NCBI GenBank assembly: GCA_963823035.1 | Contig: CAWGKG010000014.1 | Location: 544,001 to 608,000 of the forward strand | Length of the DNA stretch: 64,000 nucleotides | Origin: an uncultured Gemmatimonadales bacterium | GTDB taxonomy: Bacteria > Gemmatimonadota > Gemmatimonadetes > Longimicrobiales > Gaopeijiaceae | Reading direction: 5' to 3' | Part shown: piece by piece, positions 53,358 to 63,864 of the stretch | How positions within the stretch are numbered: the first letter of the stretch is position 1 | How the letters are laid out: each line of letters begins with the position of its first letter | Notes under the pieces: generated by a model | The model's database searches: none | What the model saw: only the letters and a program-made list of their open reading frames with translations | What the model was told of the DNA's origin: nothing | Program-made: the position numbers and the translations under genes

Positions 53358-53403
53358 TATAGCTTTGCTATACTATGACGAGGAGAGGCGCCCGAAGGTT
53401 GCA
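53358..53403 (-). promoter_or_regulatory. ECF-type promoter followed by an AT-rich palindrome (candidate PadR operator)
   Basis: TGCAAC-N17-CGTCA (53403-53376) and TATAGC-TTT-GCTATA (53358-53372). Confidence 0.5.
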
Positions 53404-53432
53404 GGGGCGCTCGCGGGGCGCGGTGCGCCGGG

Positions 53433-56073
53433 TCAGAACACCCAGCGGAGGCCGAGCGTCGGCAGGATGGGGAGCTGCTCCTCCCCGGTGTCGCGCAGCG
53501 CGCTGAACCGGCCTGGCGCCACCTCCCCCAGCACCCACTCGTAGCCGCGCAGGTTGATGCGGTTGTAGGCGTTGAACACGTCGAGGAACACCTCCAACCG
53601 GCTCCGGCGCAGCTCGAAGTTGCGCGTCACGCGCACGTCCAGACGGTGGTAGGGCGGAAGGCGCTCGGCGTTGTAGGCCTCGAAGCCCCGCTGGAGGATC
53701 TCCACCTGCTGGCCGCCGTCCCCCGGGTCGGTGAGGCGCACGTCCAGCGTCTGACCGGTGAAGGGCCAACCGGTGTGGTAGTGCCAGAGCCCGCTGACCT
53801 GCCAGCTCCGGCCGATCCGCCAGGCACCCTGGACCGTGAGCGTGTGCCGCTGGTCGAGCGTGCGCGGCGCCCATCGGCCGTCCACCCGGTCCTCGGCCAC
53901 GGAGAGCGCGTAGCTGGCCGCCCAGGAGAGCGGACCGATGTCGTCGCGCGCCACGATGACCTCCACCCCGCGTGCGCGTGCCTCGTCCGGTGCGATGCGA
54001 CGTCGGTCGCCCTCGACCTCGGGGACGGGGTTCACCTGCCGGGAGAGGTTCACGTACGTCGGGAGGGGATCGTGGATCGCCCTCCGGTAGGCCTCGACCC
54101 GCGCGCTCACGCCGCCTCCCAGCGCCCGCTCCACGCCGATCGCCACCTGGTCGGCGCGCTCCGCGGGGTTGAAGTCCCGCTCGCCGTCCTGGACGCGCAG
54201 GTCGTGCAGCGCCTGCGACTGGAAGTAGCGCCCCCAGCTCGCCCGCAGGGTCGTCCCTCGATCCACGTCCCAGGCGGAGCATCGCGCGCGGCCCCAGGTG
54301 CTCCTCTCCCGTCCAGGACTGGCGGTCCCAGCGCACGCCTCCCTCGAAGGTGAGCGCGCCGGCCACGCGGCCGCGCAGCGCCCCCCACGCACCGACCTCC
54401 GTCCCGCTCGGGTCGACCTTCACGCGCGCGGTGTCCGCACGGATGAAGAGGCGGCTCTGGTCGTCCACGTCGTAGCGCGCGGAGATGCTCCCGTACGTGT
54501 AGCCGCCCCGCCCGCCGTGGACGTCGAACCCCGCCTTGGCGAGGAGGTCTCCGGTCAGGTCGAGCTGCCACTCCTGACGCACGCCGCGGAAGTGGAAGTC
54601 GGAGGCGTCGGACACCTCCGAGCGGATGGGGGTGAAGTCTCCGCGCCCTCCGGTGTACACCCCGCCCGTGCGGTCCCGCGTCAACGAACCGAGGGAGAGG
54701 AGCGTCTCGACGCGCAGCCCGTCGATGGGCGTGCTCTTCCAGGTGAGCCAGGCGTTGCCGTTCCACCAGTCGCTGTCGACGCGCGAGTTGGTGTCCTCGT
54801 CCAGCCAGCGCATCTCGTCGCCGGCGAGGAGGATCTCCGCCGAGACGACGTTCCGCGGGGTCAACAGGTACTGCACCCGCCCGAGAGCGTCCCAGTAGCG
54901 GGGATTGAGATCGCCGTCCGCACCGCCCACCGCGAGAACGTACTGCAGGAAGCCGCGGCGCAGCGCGGCCACCCACTGTCCCCGTCCGTCCGCGAAGCTC
55001 CCCTGGCTGTTGGCGCCCACCGAGCTGAGGCTCAGCCCCACGGTGGTGCGCGTACGATCCGCCGGGGGCGTGCGCGAGTGCATGTCGAACACGCCGGCGG
55101 TCTTGTCCCCGTACTCCACCGGGAAGCCGCCGGTGATCAGGTCGATCCCGCCGAGCGACTGCACGTCGACGATGCCGAGCGCGCCGTCCAGGTCCCTCAG
55201 GTGGTAGGGCTCGTAGAGCTCCAGCCCGTCCAGGCGCACCAGGAGGTCGCGGTCCGTGCTGCCGCGGATGTTGAGCCGCGTGGAGATGTCGTCCGTGGTG
55301 ACGCCGGGGAGTCGCTTCAGCGTCCGGAAGACGTCGTCTCCGATCTGCGGCGTCGCCTCGATGTCCTCGCGGCTCACCCGCACCCCGCTCGTCCCGGGGC
55401 TCAGCTCGAGGATGCCGAAGCTCCCGGGCGCGATCACGATCTCCTCGAGGGGGATGGGGGCCCGGACCAGCGCCACGCGCACGCTGCCCGTGCCGTCGGC
55501 GCCGACCACGGCGGACAGCGTACGCGCCTCGTAGCCGAGCGCCGAGACCTGCAGCTCGTGCGTGCCCGCGCCGAGGCCCCGGAGGGCGAAACGGCCGCCG
55601 TCGCCGGTCAGCACGCTCCTCCCGCCCTCCGTCGGCCGCACCTCCGCGGCCGCGATCGGGCGCCCGCCGTCGCCGTCCACGACGAAGCCCGTGAGCGTGC
55701 TCTCGGACGCCGGCGCCCCACCGTCGCCCGTCATCGCCCCGATCAGGATCTGCCGCCGGCCCTCCACGTAGCGGAGCCCCGTACCGGCGAGGATCCGGTC
55801 GAGCGCGACGCGGAGGGTCACCGCGGTGCACGCACAGCGCACGGTGCGGCCCGCGGGAAGGAGGTCGGGGCTGTACGCGAGCGCCACCCCGGAAGCGCGC
55901 TGGAGCGCCGCGAGCGCCTCGGCGACCGGCACCTCCGCCACGTCGAGGCGCGCGGGACGGTCGAGGAGCGACGGCTCCTGCGCCTCCACGCCCACGGGAA
56001 TCGACGCCACGGCCGCCCACGTCACGAACGCCACGAGCACCGCCTCCAGCCACCGCCGACCGCACCCGCGCAT
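53433..56073 (-). CDS. TonB-dependent receptor with N-terminal signalling (STN) and carboxypeptidase-like domains, frameshift near 54272
   Basis: LPGV...NIRG...LDG plug, GGFPVEYG, LPPYHRLD, DVFNAYN, C-terminal LRWVF. Confidence 0.88.
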
Positions 56074-56110
56074 CTCTCCCCCTCCCCGTTGTCCCGTCAC
56101 CTTGGCACGC

Positions 56111-57082
56111 TCAAGGCGCCGTCATCCGGACGCGCGCCGCTCGCACCTCGCACTTCACCCCCGCCACCAGGCAGACCGCCGACACCACCTCGTCGAGCGA
56201 CTCGTCCTCGAACCATGCCGTGACCCTCCGTCGCGCGACGGTGGAATCGACCTCGACCGGGCGGCCGAAGTGGCGCCCGATCTCTCCTGCGACCTCCCGC
56301 AGCGGCGTCGCCTGGAAGAGGAGGAGACCGGCCGGCCACTCCAGGAGCGTCCACACGTCCTCGCGATCCACCACGCGGGGGGTCCCCCCGCGGGACAGGA
56401 AGGCCACCTGGCCCTGCCCCACCTCGGCGGAGCCGCCTCCGCCCTCCAGCAGCACCCGTCCCTCCACCACGACCAGTCGCAGCGCGTCGCCCTCCACCCG
56501 CACCTCGAAGCGCGTCCCGTGCGCGGTCGCGCTGCCCACATCCGTGAGCACCACGAACGGTGCTTCGCCCGGCGCCACCGCGAAGAAGGCCCGACCCTCC
56601 AGGTCCACCTCCCTACCGCGCGACCCCGGGGGGAAACGCAGGTGGCTCGAAGACGCCATGCGCACGACGCTCCCGTCCGAGAGGCTCATCGTCACCACGT
56701 CCCCCGCCATCGTCGACGAGCTGGTCGCCGCGAGGACGTTCTCCGGACCGGCGCGCGCTCCGCGCTCCACACCCGCCATCACCAGAGCGGCGACGGCCGC
56801 CGCGGCCAGGCCGTACGCCAGCCAGGGTGAGCGGAGGACGCGACGCCCGCGCCGGCGCGCCACGTCCCGGCGCCTGCGCGCCTCGGCAGCGGTGGTGACG
56901 ACCTCGACCGGAGGGGGGGTCGCCGTCTCCGGGGGCGCCGCCAGGCCCGCGATCTCCCACACGGCCCGCGTCTCCCGGTAGGCGCGCTCGTTCTCCGCGG
57001 ACGCATGGCGCCACTGCTCGACGCGACGGGCCTCGATGTCGGTGGCACGGCCCTCGAGCTGCTTGAGGATGAGCTCATCCAT
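56111..57082 (-). CDS. FecR-family anti-sigma/sensor
   Basis: W..S.EN, TM, LSDGSVV, REVDLEGRAFFAV, HGTRFEV, FQATPL. Confidence 0.9.
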   Translation of the reverse strand: MDELILKQLEGRATDIEARRVEQWRHASAENERAYRETRAVWEIAGLAAPPETATPPPVEVVTTAAEARRRRDVARRRGRRVLRSPWLAYGLAAAAVAALVMAGVERGARAGPENVLAATSSSTMAGDVVTMSLSDGSVVRMASSSHLRFPPGSRGREVDLEGRAFFAVAPGEAPFVVLTDVGSATAHGTRFEVRVEGDALRLVVVEGRVLLEGGGGSAEVGQGQVAFLSRGGTPRVVDREDVWTLLEWPAGLLLFQATPLREVAGEIGRHFGRPVEVDSTVARRRVTAWFEDESLDEVVSAVCLVAGVKCEVRAARVRMTAP

Positions 57083-57653
57083 CGCGGCGCCTCCCCTCCG
57101 GTTCCCCCGGCTCACCGCTGCCCGACCGGGGCATGCCTGCGACCAGATCGGCCAGCGCCGCGCGCAGGTCGCGGAGTGCCAGGCTCATGTGGTTGGCCAC
57201 GGTCTGCGTGGCGAGACCCATCGCATCCGCCGCCTCCTCGTGGCTGAGCCCCGAGAAGCGGATCAGTTCGAAGACCTCGCGGCGTCGGGGCGGAAGGCGG
57301 TCGAGCGCCGCGTCCAGGCGCAGACGCAACTCCGACCGGTCGAGATCCCCGTCGGGGGTCGGCGGCGACGCCACGCCGGAGCGCGACCGCTCCGCGGCGA
57401 GCCGCCCGCGCACCCGCGCCCGGCGGCCCTCGTCGAGCGCCGCGTTGCGCCCGATGCGGAAGAGCAGCGCGCGCGCGGACCCCGCCCGCCAATCCTCCCT
57501 CCGCTCCCAGAGCCGCACGAAGGCCTCCTGGGCCGCGTCCTCGGCGGCCTCGAGCGAGCCCGTCACGGCCGCGAGGTGTGCGACCAGCGGAGGCCAGACG
57601 TCCCTGAGCAGCAGCTCGAGGGCGCCGATGTCCCCCGCTCGAATGCGATCCAT
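57075..57653 (-). CDS. ECF sigma factor (FecI-like)
   Basis: AEDAAQEAFVRLW, LPPRRREVFELIR..GLSHEEAA; start uncertain. Confidence 0.88.
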   Translation of the reverse strand: MDRIRAGDIGALELLLRDVWPPLVAHLAAVTGSLEAAEDAAQEAFVRLWERREDWRAGSARALLFRIGRNAALDEGRRARVRGRLAAERSRSGVASPPTPDGDLDRSELRLRLDAALDRLPPRRREVFELIRFSGLSHEEAADAMGLATQTVANHMSLALRDLRAALADLVAGMPRSGSGEPGEPEGRRRDG

Positions 57654-57805
57654 GGTCACTCGCCCGACCTCCCGACGCGGTTCCGTGCTCCACCCCCACA
57701 ACGTGCAAGCCCCGGCGGGACTACCAACCGCTCCCGCTGGACACGCCCCACTCGCCCTGGGCAATTTCGGGCAGCAACCCTCCATCCCTGCACCCCGGAG
57801 CACGC

Positions 57806-58693
57806 ATGGACCTCGCCGAATACGCCCGCATTCTCGACGAGATCGTCAAACACCCCCTCTTCACGATCCTGGGCCAGGCCATCACGCTGGTGGACCTGAT
57901 CACCTTCGCCTTGTTCGTCGTCGTCACGCTCGTCGTGTCACGGCTGCTGCGGAAGAGCGCCGACGCCGCGCTCGCCCGCCGGGGCGTGGAAGACCCCGGC
58001 ACGCACGCCATCGCCCGCCGCCTCATCCACTACGCGATCCTCTTCATCGGCCTGGCGACCGCGATCAGCAACCTCGGCATCAACCTCTCCGCGATCTTCG
58101 CGGCCAGCGCCGTGCTGGGCGTGGGGATCGGCTTCGCGTTCCAGAACGTGGTGGGGAACTTCATCGCCGGATTGCTCCTGCTCTTCGAGCGCTCCATCAA
58201 GCCCGGCGACGTCCTCGAGGTGGAGGGCGAGGTCGTGCGCGTCGAGGACATGCGCGTCCGCAGCACGGTCGCCCGCACACGCGACGACGAGCAGCTCATC
58301 ATCCCCAACTCGACGCTCTCGCAGGGCACGGTGAAGAACTTCACCATGCAGGACTCCCTCTACCGCGTCACGATCGCGGTGGGCGTGACCTACGACTCGG
58401 ACATGCACGAGGTACGCGACGCCCTCGAGAAGGTGGCGTACTCGATGAAGTGGCGCGTGGAGACGCACGATCCGATGGTCTTCATGACCGCGTTCGGGGA
58501 CTCGTCGGTGAACTTCGGCGTCTCCGTCTGGACCCACGATCCGTGGCGCTCGCGCCGCGCGGAGTCGGATCTGCACGAGGCGGTGTGGTGGGAGCTGAAG
58601 GAGCGGGGTATCGTGATCGCGTTCCCGCAGCTGGACGTGCACTTCGATCCGACGGTGAACGACACGCTCACCCGGCTGCCCAAGGCCTCCTGA
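57806..58693 (+). CDS. Small-conductance mechanosensitive channel (MscS family)
   Basis: GVGIGFAFQNVVGNFIAG, IPNS, GVTYDSD, GIVIAFPQLDVH. Confidence 0.92.
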   Translation: MDLAEYARILDEIVKHPLFTILGQAITLVDLITFALFVVVTLVVSRLLRKSADAALARRGVEDPGTHAIARRLIHYAILFIGLATAISNLGINLSAIFAASAVLGVGIGFAFQNVVGNFIAGLLLLFERSIKPGDVLEVEGEVVRVEDMRVRSTVARTRDDEQLIIPNSTLSQGTVKNFTMQDSLYRVTIAVGVTYDSDMHEVRDALEKVAYSMKWRVETHDPMVFMTAFGDSSVNFGVSVWTHDPWRSRRAESDLHEAVWWELKERGIVIAFPQLDVHFDPTVNDTLTRLPKAS

Positions 58694-58717
58694 TCTCTCA
58701 CGCCCGACGTCTCGCCC

Positions 58718-60208
58718 ATGCCGAAGGACGCGCTCAAGGACCTTCAGCTCCTGATCCGCTCGCGGTACGGCCTCGTATACGTCGACACCGTGGAGGAGGA
58801 GCGCGCCGAAGGACTCCTGCGCCACCTCGCCGACGCCATGAAGACGCCCTTCTTCACGTGGACGCGCTCGCGTGGGCTGGTGCGCGCGGGGATGTCGGAC
58901 CCCCTCTACGACTCGCGCGATCCGGTGAAGGCCGTGCGCAACATCGAGTCCGGTGGCCAGCCGGGCATCTACCACCTCCAGGGGCTGGCGGGGGGCCTGG
59001 GCGGGCAGGACCTGCTCCAGTCCTACCTGCGCGACGCGGCCCGCTCCATGGAGCAGCGGGACGGAGCGCTCGTGCTGACGGGCGAAGGCGTCGAGTTGCC
59101 CGGCACGCTGAAGGAGATCGCCGCGGTGGTCACCCTCCCGGGTCCGTCGGACGACGAGTTCAGGGAGCTCCTCGGCCGCATCGTCCGTGACCTCTCGGCC
59201 CGCCAGAACGTGGAGGTCTCGCTGAGCCGCGAGGAGACGAACTCGCTGGTGAAGAACCTCTCGGGGCTCACGCTCATGGAGGCCGGCAAGATCCTCACGA
59301 AGGCGATCGTGGAGGACGGGTCGCTCACCGCGAGCGACATCCGCCTCGTGATCGACGCCAAGCGCGAGATCGTCGAGCGGGAGGGGCTGCTCGAGTACTT
59401 CCCGGCGGAGACCACGATGGCCGGCGTCGCCGACCTCAAGACGCTCAAGCAGTGGCTGGCCAAGCGCACGGCCGTGGTGCGGAGTCCCGAGAAGGCGGAG
59501 CAGTTCGGTCTGGGCTTCCCCCGAGGCGTTCTGTTGCTGGGCGTGCCCGGGTGCGGAAAGAGCCTGTCGGCCAAGGCCGTGGCGTCGGAGTGGGGGCTCC
59601 CCCTGCTCAAGCTCGATCCGTCGAACCTCTACAACAAGTACATCGGCGAGAGCGAGGGCAACTTCAAACGGGCCATGCGCGCGGCGGAGCGGATGGCGCC
59701 GGTGGTGCTGTGGATCGACGAGTTGGAGAAGGCGTTCGCGACCGGGGGATCGGAGGACGGAGGCGTGTCCCAGCGCATCCTCGGGAGCTTCCTGGGGTGG
59801 ATGCAGGATCGGAAGGGGGACGTGTTCGTGGTGGCGACCGCCAACGACATCCAGCGGCTCCCCCCGGAGTTCCTGCGCAAGGGCCGGTTCGACGAGATCT
59901 TCTTCGTCGACCTGCCCGACGCGCCCACGCGTCGGGAGGTCTTCCGCATCCACCTCACGGCGAGGGGGCACGATCCGTCCGACTTCGACCTGGAGGCGCT
60001 GGCGGAGGCCTCGGAGGGCTTCAGCGGCTCGGAGATCGAGCAGGTCGTGGTGAGCGCCCTCTACACCGTGTTCGCCAACGGCACCAAGCTCGACACCGGT
60101 GCGCTTCTCGCCGAGGCGCGCTCGACGCGCCCGCTCTCCGTGACGATGGTCGAGCGGATGGACGCGATGCGCGCCTGGGCGCGGGGGCGGACGGTCTCGG
60201 CCAACTGA
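58718..60208 (+). CDS. AAA+ ATPase, Ycf46-like
   Basis: GVPGCGKS, WIDELEK, ATAN, RKGRFDEIFFVDLP, GFSGSEIEQ; degenerate N-terminal domain. Confidence 0.88.
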   Translation: MPKDALKDLQLLIRSRYGLVYVDTVEEERAEGLLRHLADAMKTPFFTWTRSRGLVRAGMSDPLYDSRDPVKAVRNIESGGQPGIYHLQGLAGGLGGQDLLQSYLRDAARSMEQRDGALVLTGEGVELPGTLKEIAAVVTLPGPSDDEFRELLGRIVRDLSARQNVEVSLSREETNSLVKNLSGLTLMEAGKILTKAIVEDGSLTASDIRLVIDAKREIVEREGLLEYFPAETTMAGVADLKTLKQWLAKRTAVVRSPEKAEQFGLGFPRGVLLLGVPGCGKSLSAKAVASEWGLPLLKLDPSNLYNKYIGESEGNFKRAMRAAERMAPVVLWIDELEKAFATGGSEDGGVSQRILGSFLGWMQDRKGDVFVVATANDIQRLPPEFLRKGRFDEIFFVDLPDAPTRREVFRIHLTARGHDPSDFDLEALAEASEGFSGSEIEQVVVSALYTVFANGTKLDTGALLAEARSTRPLSVTMVERMDAMRAWARGRTVSAN

Positions 60209-60219
60209 GCGGATCGACC

Positions 60220-60631
60220 TCAGCGGGCGAAGAGGTACGAGTCCCCTTCGATCAGGAGCTGCAGCGTGAAGGCCGTCTCGTCCCACGTGCCGGGATAGAC
60301 CCCACCGCCGCTCAGCGTCAGGAAGAGCGCCGCGCCATTGCGCGTCCACGTGCAGTCGTGCGCGTCCGTGCTGGTGGTCGCGTTGGCATCGGTCGTCGTG
60401 CGCAGATCGCGGTGGACGTCGCAGCTGCCGTCGGCCCGCAGCTGCGCTCCACCGCCCGTGACCTCGACCCGGTTGGTGCCGTCGTCCGATACCACGGCGG
60501 GGAGTTGCCCGGCGTCGACCGACACCAGCGTATAGTCCCCCCGCGCGGTGTCGTTTCCTTCGATGGGGTCGCTGCATCCCATGCCCGACGAGCGCCGCCA
60601 CGATCAACATCCAACGAGCATGTCCCGACAT
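60220..60631 (-). CDS. Hypothetical lipoprotein, frameshift near 60584
   Basis: AGGAGAG RBS; MSGHARWMLIVAALVG then MGCSD lipobox-like; GDYTLVSVDA beta-rich body. Confidence 0.6.
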
Positions 60632-60702
60632 CCCGGCTCTCTCCTGGGTTCGATGGGGATGTGCGTACGCCACCGCGAACGTACGCCGGCGCACCTCGAC
60701 CG

Positions 60703-61359
60703 CTACACCGCTTCGAGAAGCCCCTCGTCGTCGTTCGTCGTCGTGTTGACGCGCGTCGACACGCGCCGGGACGTGAGCGTACCGGCGGGCGCGGGGGCCA
60801 CGATGCGCCTCAGCACGTCGTGTGCCGTCTTCCGGGAAAGCCAGGCGGCGCGCCCGGAAGCCGGCACGATGAGCGGCATGCGTTCGTGGACGGCGCGCAC
60901 ATCCTCGTTCGCGGCCACCGTGAGGATGGCGAAGCCGTCGCGCGTCCCCTCCCCCGCCGCCTCGTGGCGCTCCCAGAGGGCCGCCAAGGAGATGAGCCCG
61001 CCCCCGGGAGGGTGGAACCAGTAGGGGATCCTGGCGCCGCCCTCCGCGCGCCACTCGTAGAAGCCGTCGGCGGGCACGAGGATACGCCGACGCGCGAAGG
61101 CGTCGCGGAACGCCGGGGTGCGGTCCGCGGACTCGCCGCGCGCGTTGACGAAGGTGCGCGATGCGGATCCCGGTACCGCAGGGAGGAAGCCCCACCGGAG
61201 CAGACCGATGCGCCGGCCGTGACGGTCCTCACCGACCACGGGCGCGTCCTGCCCGGGCGCCAGGTTGTAGCGGGGCGTCAGCTCGAAGGAGAGCTCGGGG
61301 ACGTCGAAGACCTCGACCAGCTCGTCGGCCGGAGCCGCGAGGGTATATCGCCCACACAC
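60703..61359 (-). CDS. SOS response-associated peptidase (SRAP/YedK/HMCES family)
   Basis: MCGRY, PRYNLAP, NARGES, ADGFYEW, HERMP. Confidence 0.93.
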   Translation of the reverse strand: MCGRYTLAAPADELVEVFDVPELSFELTPRYNLAPGQDAPVVGEDRHGRRIGLLRWGFLPAVPGSASRTFVNARGESADRTPAFRDAFARRRILVPADGFYEWRAEGGARIPYWFHPPGGGLISLAALWERHEAAGEGTRDGFAILTVAANEDVRAVHERMPLIVPASGRAAWLSRKTAHDVLRRIVAPAPAGTLTSRRVSTRVNTTTNDDEGLLEAV

Positions 61360-61363
61360 CCGA

Positions 61364-62580
61364 CTACTTCAGCGGCTCGGGGTGGGGGCCGCGGCGCACG
61401 TAGCGAACGTCGTCGTAGCGCCGCCGGCGCATCACCAGGCGATCCCCTGCATCCTCGTGCCGGCGATAGCCCAGGAGGTGGAAGAGCTGAAGGGCGTACC
61501 AGCGGGCGACGCGCTTGTGCACGATGAGCGCGTCGGGCCGATCCGGATCCCGCTCGACCCCCGGCAGCAGGTGCGCGACGCGATCGGCGCCCAGCGAGCG
61601 GAGGATCCGGGAAGCCTGCAGCCACGATGGGCGCGAACTCGCGGATCAGGAAGAAGCCGTCCTCCCCCTGCGCCTGGTAGAGGGGCATGAGGATCCTCCC
61701 GCGCCTGCAGCGCGACGATGTCGCCGCGGACGTCGCGCGCGAGCGGCTGGCCCCGCTCCACCGCCTGGAAGTTCCTCCACCCGGGATTCATGCGGAACTG
61801 ATCACCCGGCCCGATGGGGTGGCGATAGCGCATCTCCATGACGCGGGGTAGCCGATCCGTCTCCCTGCGCAGGAAGATGCGGGCCCCCCGGGCCTCGGGG
61901 AGACGGCGCTCGGGAAGGAGGCCGAGCCCCGCGATCTGCAGCCAGATCCCCGCCTCCGCCCGGTCGACGGCGGCCGGCTCATCGTGCTGGCCCGACTCGA
62001 AGACCGCCGCCACCAGCCCGTGACGACCCAGGAAGGCCAGCAGCGTACCCTCGAGAAGCTCCTCGATGCCGAGGACCATCGGCACGGGCACGTTCGAGGC
62101 GAAGGTCCGATTGGGAAGCGTGTCCCCGAACGTCGTGAACGGCCCTCCGGTACCGGACGTGGTGTGCAGGTCGAGCACGTAGACCGGTCCACGCGCGGCC
62201 TCCACCACCTCCTCGATCGCGTCCAGCAGCTCGACCTGCTCCTGGTCCTCCGCCGCCCCGTTCAGCCGGCCCGCGGCCCTCAGGCGATCGAGCCGCTCGT
62301 CCGTCCAGGCGCGGTTGAGGTCACGCTCGACGAAGCGACAGCCCCCCGCGAGGGCGCGCCGGTTCCCGGCCAGGGCCACGAAGTCCCCGCGCATCAGGCT
62401 CGCGCGGGGAGCCAGCCGCTCGAGGACCCTGCGCGCAGCGAGCACGCCCGCCGGCTCGTTCCCGTGCAGCCCGGCGACGCACAACAGCGTCGGCCCGGGA
62501 CGCGCGCCCTGCACGCGTCCCAGCACACGCTCGACCTCGACTGGCTCGTCCAGCCGCACTCGCTCCGCGTTGACGCTCAA
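61364..62580 (-). CDS. Succinylglutamate desuccinylase/aspartoacylase family (M14-like) protein, two frameshifts
   Basis: GLHGNEPAG, DLNRAW, LDLHTTS, FESGQH, MPLYQ..GEDGFF. Confidence 0.85.
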
Positions 62581-62616
62581 CCCGCCGTCCTCTTCTGAAG
62601 CCGCATCCGGTCCGTG

Positions 62617-63289
62617 CTACTCCACGAAGACCGCGATCTGGTCGAGGTCCTTCTTGGTGATGTCCGGGACGGTGGCCCCGTCCGCGGGATGTCCGACCAC
62701 CAGGATCAGGAAGGGCCGCTCGTTGTCGGGGCGTGCCAGGAGCTGGTTGAGGAACTTCATCGGCGAAGGTGTGTGCGTGAGCGTGGCGAGTCCGGCGTGG
62801 TGCAACGCCGTGATCAGCATACCCGTGGCGATGCCCACGGATTCGCTCACATAGTAATTCTTCACGTGCTGCCCGTCCGGGGTCACCGCGTAGCTCTCGG
62901 CGAAGACCGCCACGAGCCAGGGCGCCTTCTCGAGGAACGGCTTGTGCTCGTCGGTGCCCAGGTGCTCCAGCGCGTCCAACCACTCCGGCGACGCGCGGCC
63001 GGCGTAGAAGGCCCGCTCCTCCTCCTCCGCCGCCTCGCGAATCCGGCGCTTCAGCAGGGGATCGCCCACCACCACGAAGCGCCACGGCTGCCGATTCGCG
63101 CCGTTCGGTGCCGTGCCCGCCGCCAGCAGGCAGCGCTCGATCACCTCGCGGGGAACCGGACGGTCGGAGAAGTCCCGCACCGTGCGTCGACGCGCGCATG
63201 CGGGCCAGGAACGCCTCGGCCTCCTCCAGCATACGCGCCGGCGGGAGGATCTCGTAGCCCGCCAGCGGCACCATCTTCGCCCGCTTCAC
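62617..63289 (-). CDS. Nitroreductase, iodotyrosine deiodinase-like; frameshift near 63190
   Basis: [47 protein letters not shown]. Confidence 0.88.
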
Positions 63290-63864
63290 CGATGGGCCGC
63301 GCCTTCCCGGGGTGCGTCCGGCTCGCGCAGAAGCCTGGCATACACCTCCACCCACTCGGCGTCGCGCGCGGCGGAGAGCACGTCCTCGGGCGCCATGTGC
63401 AGCGTCTGCGACAGCAACCTCAGGTTCACGAGCGACACGATGTCCCGGTCCGCCAGAGCGACCTGGCTCCAGCTCGGGATCGGCACGGAGCGGTAGCGGT
63501 CGTAGACGGATTGGAGGATCCCGGCCGGCGCTCCCTCCGGGATGGGGACGTAGAACTGCGAGGCGCCGACCTCGTAGCGGTTCGCGAGGTCGCTCCACCC
63601 CCGTCCCGACCTGCGCAACGCCACGATGGCCTCGGGAGACACACCGGCGTGGTGGGCGATGAAGAGAACGACCGGGATCTCGTCCGTGGGCATCTGCCAA
63701 GCGCCGAGGATCGAGATCTCCGAGGCGGGGAGGTCGAAGAAGTCCGCCACGGCCCTGAAGTAGGACTCACGTACGTCCGCTCCACGGACCTGCCCCACGA
63801 GGCCCGGCGCCACGACGATCGACGCCGCCAGCACCGCGCCCATGGTCCGTCGGATGTGGTTCAC
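63286..63864 (-). CDS. Hypothetical exported protein
   Basis: RBS, signal-peptide-like N-terminus, repeated RRSGRGWSDLA / ARDAEWVEV motif; coupled to the nitroreductase start. Confidence 0.7.
   Translation of the reverse strand: MNHIRRTMGAVLAASIVVAPGLVGQVRGADVRESYFRAVADFFDLPASEISILGAWQMPTDEIPVVLFIAHHAGVSPEAIVALRRSGRGWSDLANRYEVGASQFYVPIPEGAPAGILQSVYDRYRSVPIPSWSQVALADRDIVSLVNLRLLSQTLHMAPEDVLSAARDAEWVEVYARLLREPDAPREGAAHR

Noticed and set aside
57938..61195. 1085-aa minus-strand ORF and the many other long Arg/Gly/Pro-rich antisense ORFs
   Set aside because: Shadow frames of real genes in high-GC DNA, with no recognisable motifs.
58718..61359. AAA ATPase plus SRAP as an anti-phage defence island
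   Set aside because: Opposite strands, no nuclease or effector genes, no compositional shift and no mobility genes.
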